39,365 nucleotides of DNA from an uncultured Acidobacteriota bacterium (GTDB taxonomy: Bacteria; Acidobacteriota; Vicinamibacteria; Marinacidobacterales; Marinacidobacteraceae). Below are positions 36,782 through 39,365 of the stretch, in pieces; positions within the stretch are counted from its first letter, which is position 1, and each line of letters begins with the position of its first letter. The notes beneath the pieces are model-generated. The model worked only from the letters and a program-made list of their open reading frames with translations, did not search any database and was not told where the DNA came from. The stretch lies in assembly GCA_964448205.1 (NCBI GenBank), contig CAYUVU010000332.1:1-39365 (forward strand), read 5' to 3'. The position numbers and the translations under genes are program-made.

Positions 36782-38716
36782 TCAGGGGCTGCCGGCGCCC
36801 TGCTGCACCGCGGCGTCGAGGCGTTCGAGTTCCTCGTAGAGGGCCGGCAGCCGGCCCTTCAGGTCCTCGTAGGTGGCCGTGACCTCGCGGGACCCCTCGC
36901 GGTCGCCGAAGAAGCCGGGCGCCGCCATCCGCGCTTCCAGGCTTTCGACGGCGGCCTCCGTGTCCGCGATCGCCTCGAACACCTCGCGCCATTCGCGCCG
37001 CAACTGGCGCAGCCGGTTCTTCCCGGGCGGCCGGCGCGCGCCGGCCTTGCCCGCCTGTTTCGCGCTTCGCTTCGGCCGTTTCGCCGCCGCCGGTGGGGAC
37101 GCGGGCGCCGCCGCCGCGTCGGGCTCCGGGGGGCTGACCCTTGCCAGGTAGTCCGAGTAGTTGCCCCAGTAGAGGGCCGCTCCGCCCCCGCCGATCGCGG
37201 CGACCCGGGTGGCCAGGGCATCCATGAAATAGCGGTCGTGGGCGACGAACACGATCGTGCCCTGGTAGTTCGAAAGGGCGTTCAGCAACGCCCGCTTCGC
37301 GTCGAGGTCGAGATGGTTGGTCGGCTCGTCGAGGAGGAGGAGGTTCGCGGGACGGAGGAACAGCCGGGCCAGCGCCAGCCGGCTCCGTTCGCCGCCGGAG
37401 AGGACCGCGGTCTTCTTCTCCACGGTGTCTCCCGAGAACAGGAACGCGCCCAGGATGTTGCGGATCTCCGGCAGCATGGCGAGCGGCGCCGCGTCGGCCA
37501 TGGTCTCGCGGACCGTCCGGCCGGGGTCGAGATCGTGCCGGTCCGGCCCGTAGTAGGCGATCCGGACGTTGTGGCCAAGCTCCCGCTGCCCGGAGTCCAG
37601 GCCTGCTTCCCCGGCGATCAGCCGGATGAGGGTGGATTTCCCGGCGCCGTTCCGCCCGACGAGCGCCAGGCGCTGGCCTCGCTCCACGACGAGGTCCACG
37701 CCGCGGAAGACCTCGTTCGTTCCGAAGGCCTTGGAGACCGCGGAGAGCGTCACCAGAACCCGCCCGGAACGCGGCGGATGCGGGAGGCGGAGGGCCACCC
37801 GCCGGGGCTCCGGCGGCACTTCGATCCGCTCGATCTTCTCGAGCATGCGGACCCGGCTCTGGACCTGCCGCGCCCGGCTGGCCTGGTAGCGGAACCGGTT
37901 GATGAAGCGTTCGGTCCGCTCGATCTCGGCGGCCTGCTCGGCGGCGCGCTTGCGCAGATCGGCGATTTCAGCGGCTCGCTGGGTCTCGTAGCGGCTGTAG
38001 GTGCCCGGGTAGTTGCCGAGCCGGCCCAGGCCGATCTCGGTGATCCGGGTCACCACGGAGTCGAGGAAGTACCGGTCGTGGGCGACCAGCACCAGGCCGC
38101 CGCGGTGACGGGCCAGGAAACCCAGCAACCAGGTGCGGGCTTCGATGTCCAGGTAGTTCGTGGGCTCGTCGAGCAGGACGAGGTCGTTCGCCTCGACCAG
38201 CAGCCTGGCGAGGGCGATGCGCATCTGCCAGCCCTGGCTGAAGGTCTCCACCGGGCGTTCCTGGTCCCCGGCCGCGAATCCCAGGCCGGAAAGGACCTCG
38301 CTGATGCGGGTGTCCATCTCGTACCCGCCGCGGCGCTGCCACTCCTCCTCCAGTTCGCCGTAGCGGGCGACGAGTTCGGGCTGGTCCGGGGCGCCCGCGA
38401 GCCGTTCCGCCACGTCCTCCTGTTCGCGCCGCAGCCGGAGCAGGTCGGCGAAAGCCGTGCGGACCTCCCCGGAAACGGTGCGGTCCTTGAGGCTCAGCCC
38501 CTCCTGGGGCAGGTAGCCGACGCGTTTCCGCTTGGCCAGCACGACCTTTCCGGCGTCGGGGCGCACCAGTCCCGCGAGGATCTTCAGGAGGGTGGTCTTG
38601 CCGGATCCGTTGGGTCCGACCAGTCCGACGCGGTCGCCGTCGCCAACCCGCCAGGAAACATCACGGAGCAGGACCTGTTCTCCGTAGGCCTTCGAGGCCT
38701 CGACGAGCTGGATCAT
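36782..38716 (-). CDS. ABC-F family ATP-binding protein
   Basis: Two ABC cassettes (GPNGSGKT, FSQGWQMR, LLDEPTN; GRNGAGKS, LSGGERSR, LLDEPTNHLD), inter-cassette linker, C-terminal coiled coil, no TM segments. Confidence 0.93.
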   Translation of the reverse strand: MIQLVEASKAYGEQVLLRDVSWRVGDGDRVGLVGPNGSGKTTLLKILAGLVRPDAGKVVLAKRKRVGYLPQEGLSLKDRTVSGEVRTAFADLLRLRREQEDVAERLAGAPDQPELVARYGELEEEWQRRGGYEMDTRISEVLSGLGFAAGDQERPVETFSQGWQMRIALARLLVEANDLVLLDEPTNYLDIEARTWLLGFLARHRGGLVLVAHDRYFLDSVVTRITEIGLGRLGNYPGTYSRYETQRAAEIADLRKRAAEQAAEIERTERFINRFRYQASRARQVQSRVRMLEKIERIEVPPEPRRVALRLPHPPRSGRVLVTLSAVSKAFGTNEVFRGVDLVVERGQRLALVGRNGAGKSTLIRLIAGEAGLDSGQRELGHNVRIAYYGPDRHDLDPGRTVRETMADAAPLAMLPEIRNILGAFLFSGDTVEKKTAVLSGGERSRLALARLFLRPANLLLLDEPTNHLDLDAKRALLNALSNYQGTIVFVAHDRYFMDALATRVAAIGGGGAALYWGNYSDYLARVSPPEPDAAAAPASPPAAAKRPKRSAKQAGKAGARRPPGKNRLRQLRREWREVFEAIADTEAAVESLEARMAAPGFFGDREGSREVTATYEDLKGRLPALYEELERLDAAVQQGAGSP

Positions 38717-38836
38717 GGTGGGGTTGGTGGCCGGGAACCGTATCGCGGGGACAGCCCACGGACGGTCGTTCGGGTTCCGGGCGGATACCGCCTCCAGCGA
38801 CTGAAGTCGGCGCGGGTTGGTCATAATGGGGAGTCC

Positions 38837-39365
38837 ATGTTCCGGAGCCTGAAGCCCCTTCTCTCGTGGCGGCTGCCGCTCGTTGCCGCGGTCGTGGTGT
38901 CTTCCGCCGGCGCCCGGACGCCGCAACAGGAGGCGGACGCCGGGATGAGCCGCGGGGTGGCGCTGCTCGAGCAGTTCCGGTTCTCGGACGCCGCCGCCGA
39001 GTTCGCGCGGGTGGTGGAGCTCCGGCCCGAGTCGGCGGCCGCCCACGTGAACCTGGGCATCGCCTGGTTCAACGAGCGCGATTTCCTCGCCGCCCGCGCT
39101 TCCTTCGCCCGGGCTCTCGATCTCGATCCCGGCGGACTCCACGCCCGCTACAACCTGGGTCTTGTCGAGAAGCTCGAGGGCAACACCGAGGCGGCGCTCG
39201 CCGCCTTCCGGCAGGTCGCCGCGGCCGACCCGGATGACGCGATGACGCAGTACTACCTGGGCGCCGCCTACGCCGCGGTCGGCCGTCTCGAGGAGGCGGA
39301 GGCCGCCCTGCGCACCGCCATCCAGCTCCAGCCGGAGCACGAGTCCGCGCACTTCAGCCTGGGGA
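38837..39365 (+). CDS. Secreted TPR-repeat protein (partial, runs off the window)
   Basis: Signal-like N-terminus then TPRs AHVNLGIAW, ARYNLGLV, TQYYLGAAY, AHFSLG; open to the window end. Confidence 0.85.
   Translation, partial: MFRSLKPLLSWRLPLVAAVVVSSAGARTPQQEADAGMSRGVALLEQFRFSDAAAEFARVVELRPESAAAHVNLGIAWFNERDFLAARASFARALDLDPGGLHARYNLGLVEKLEGNTEAALAAFRQVAAADPDDAMTQYYLGAAYAAVGRLEEAEAALRTAIQLQPEHESAHFSLG

Noticed and set aside
38717-39352. N-terminal extension of ABC-F; antibiotic-resistance ABC-F call
   Set aside because: The extension is antisense to the TPR gene; nothing visible distinguishes it from housekeeping ABC-F proteins.

Overview
High-GC bacterial chromosome segment; gene order and content suggest Acidobacteriota (inference). 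Mostly housekeeping: pckA-gpmA, plsC, carD, tRNA-Leu(CAA), tRNA-Met(CAT), BNR/VPS10 glycosyl hydrolase, AIM24 + Nudix, glycerate kinase, an ECF sigma, hslVU, an Fn3 lipoprotein, transaldolase, a three-subunit acyl-CoA carboxylase coupled to tamB/tamA-like genes, a SurA-N protein, a group-2-like sigma-70, amidase, phzF-like, rnhA, ABC-F and a partial TPR gene. Signals the ORF track misses: (1) an AhpD/CMD-family peroxidase gene with in-frame TGA in a C-H-Y-U motif plus a SECIS-like hairpin, a probable selenoprotein; (2) an IS21-like terminus at the left edge joined to the middle of a REP-like palindrome; (3) a REP/REPIN-like repeat family, including two 166-bp copies; (4) two sigma-54 promoters, one upstream of the sigma-70 gene; (5) a 42-aa membrane micro-protein and several leaderless-type promoters. 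I found no CRISPR array, prophage or recognisable defence system. All calls were made by eye, without database searches.
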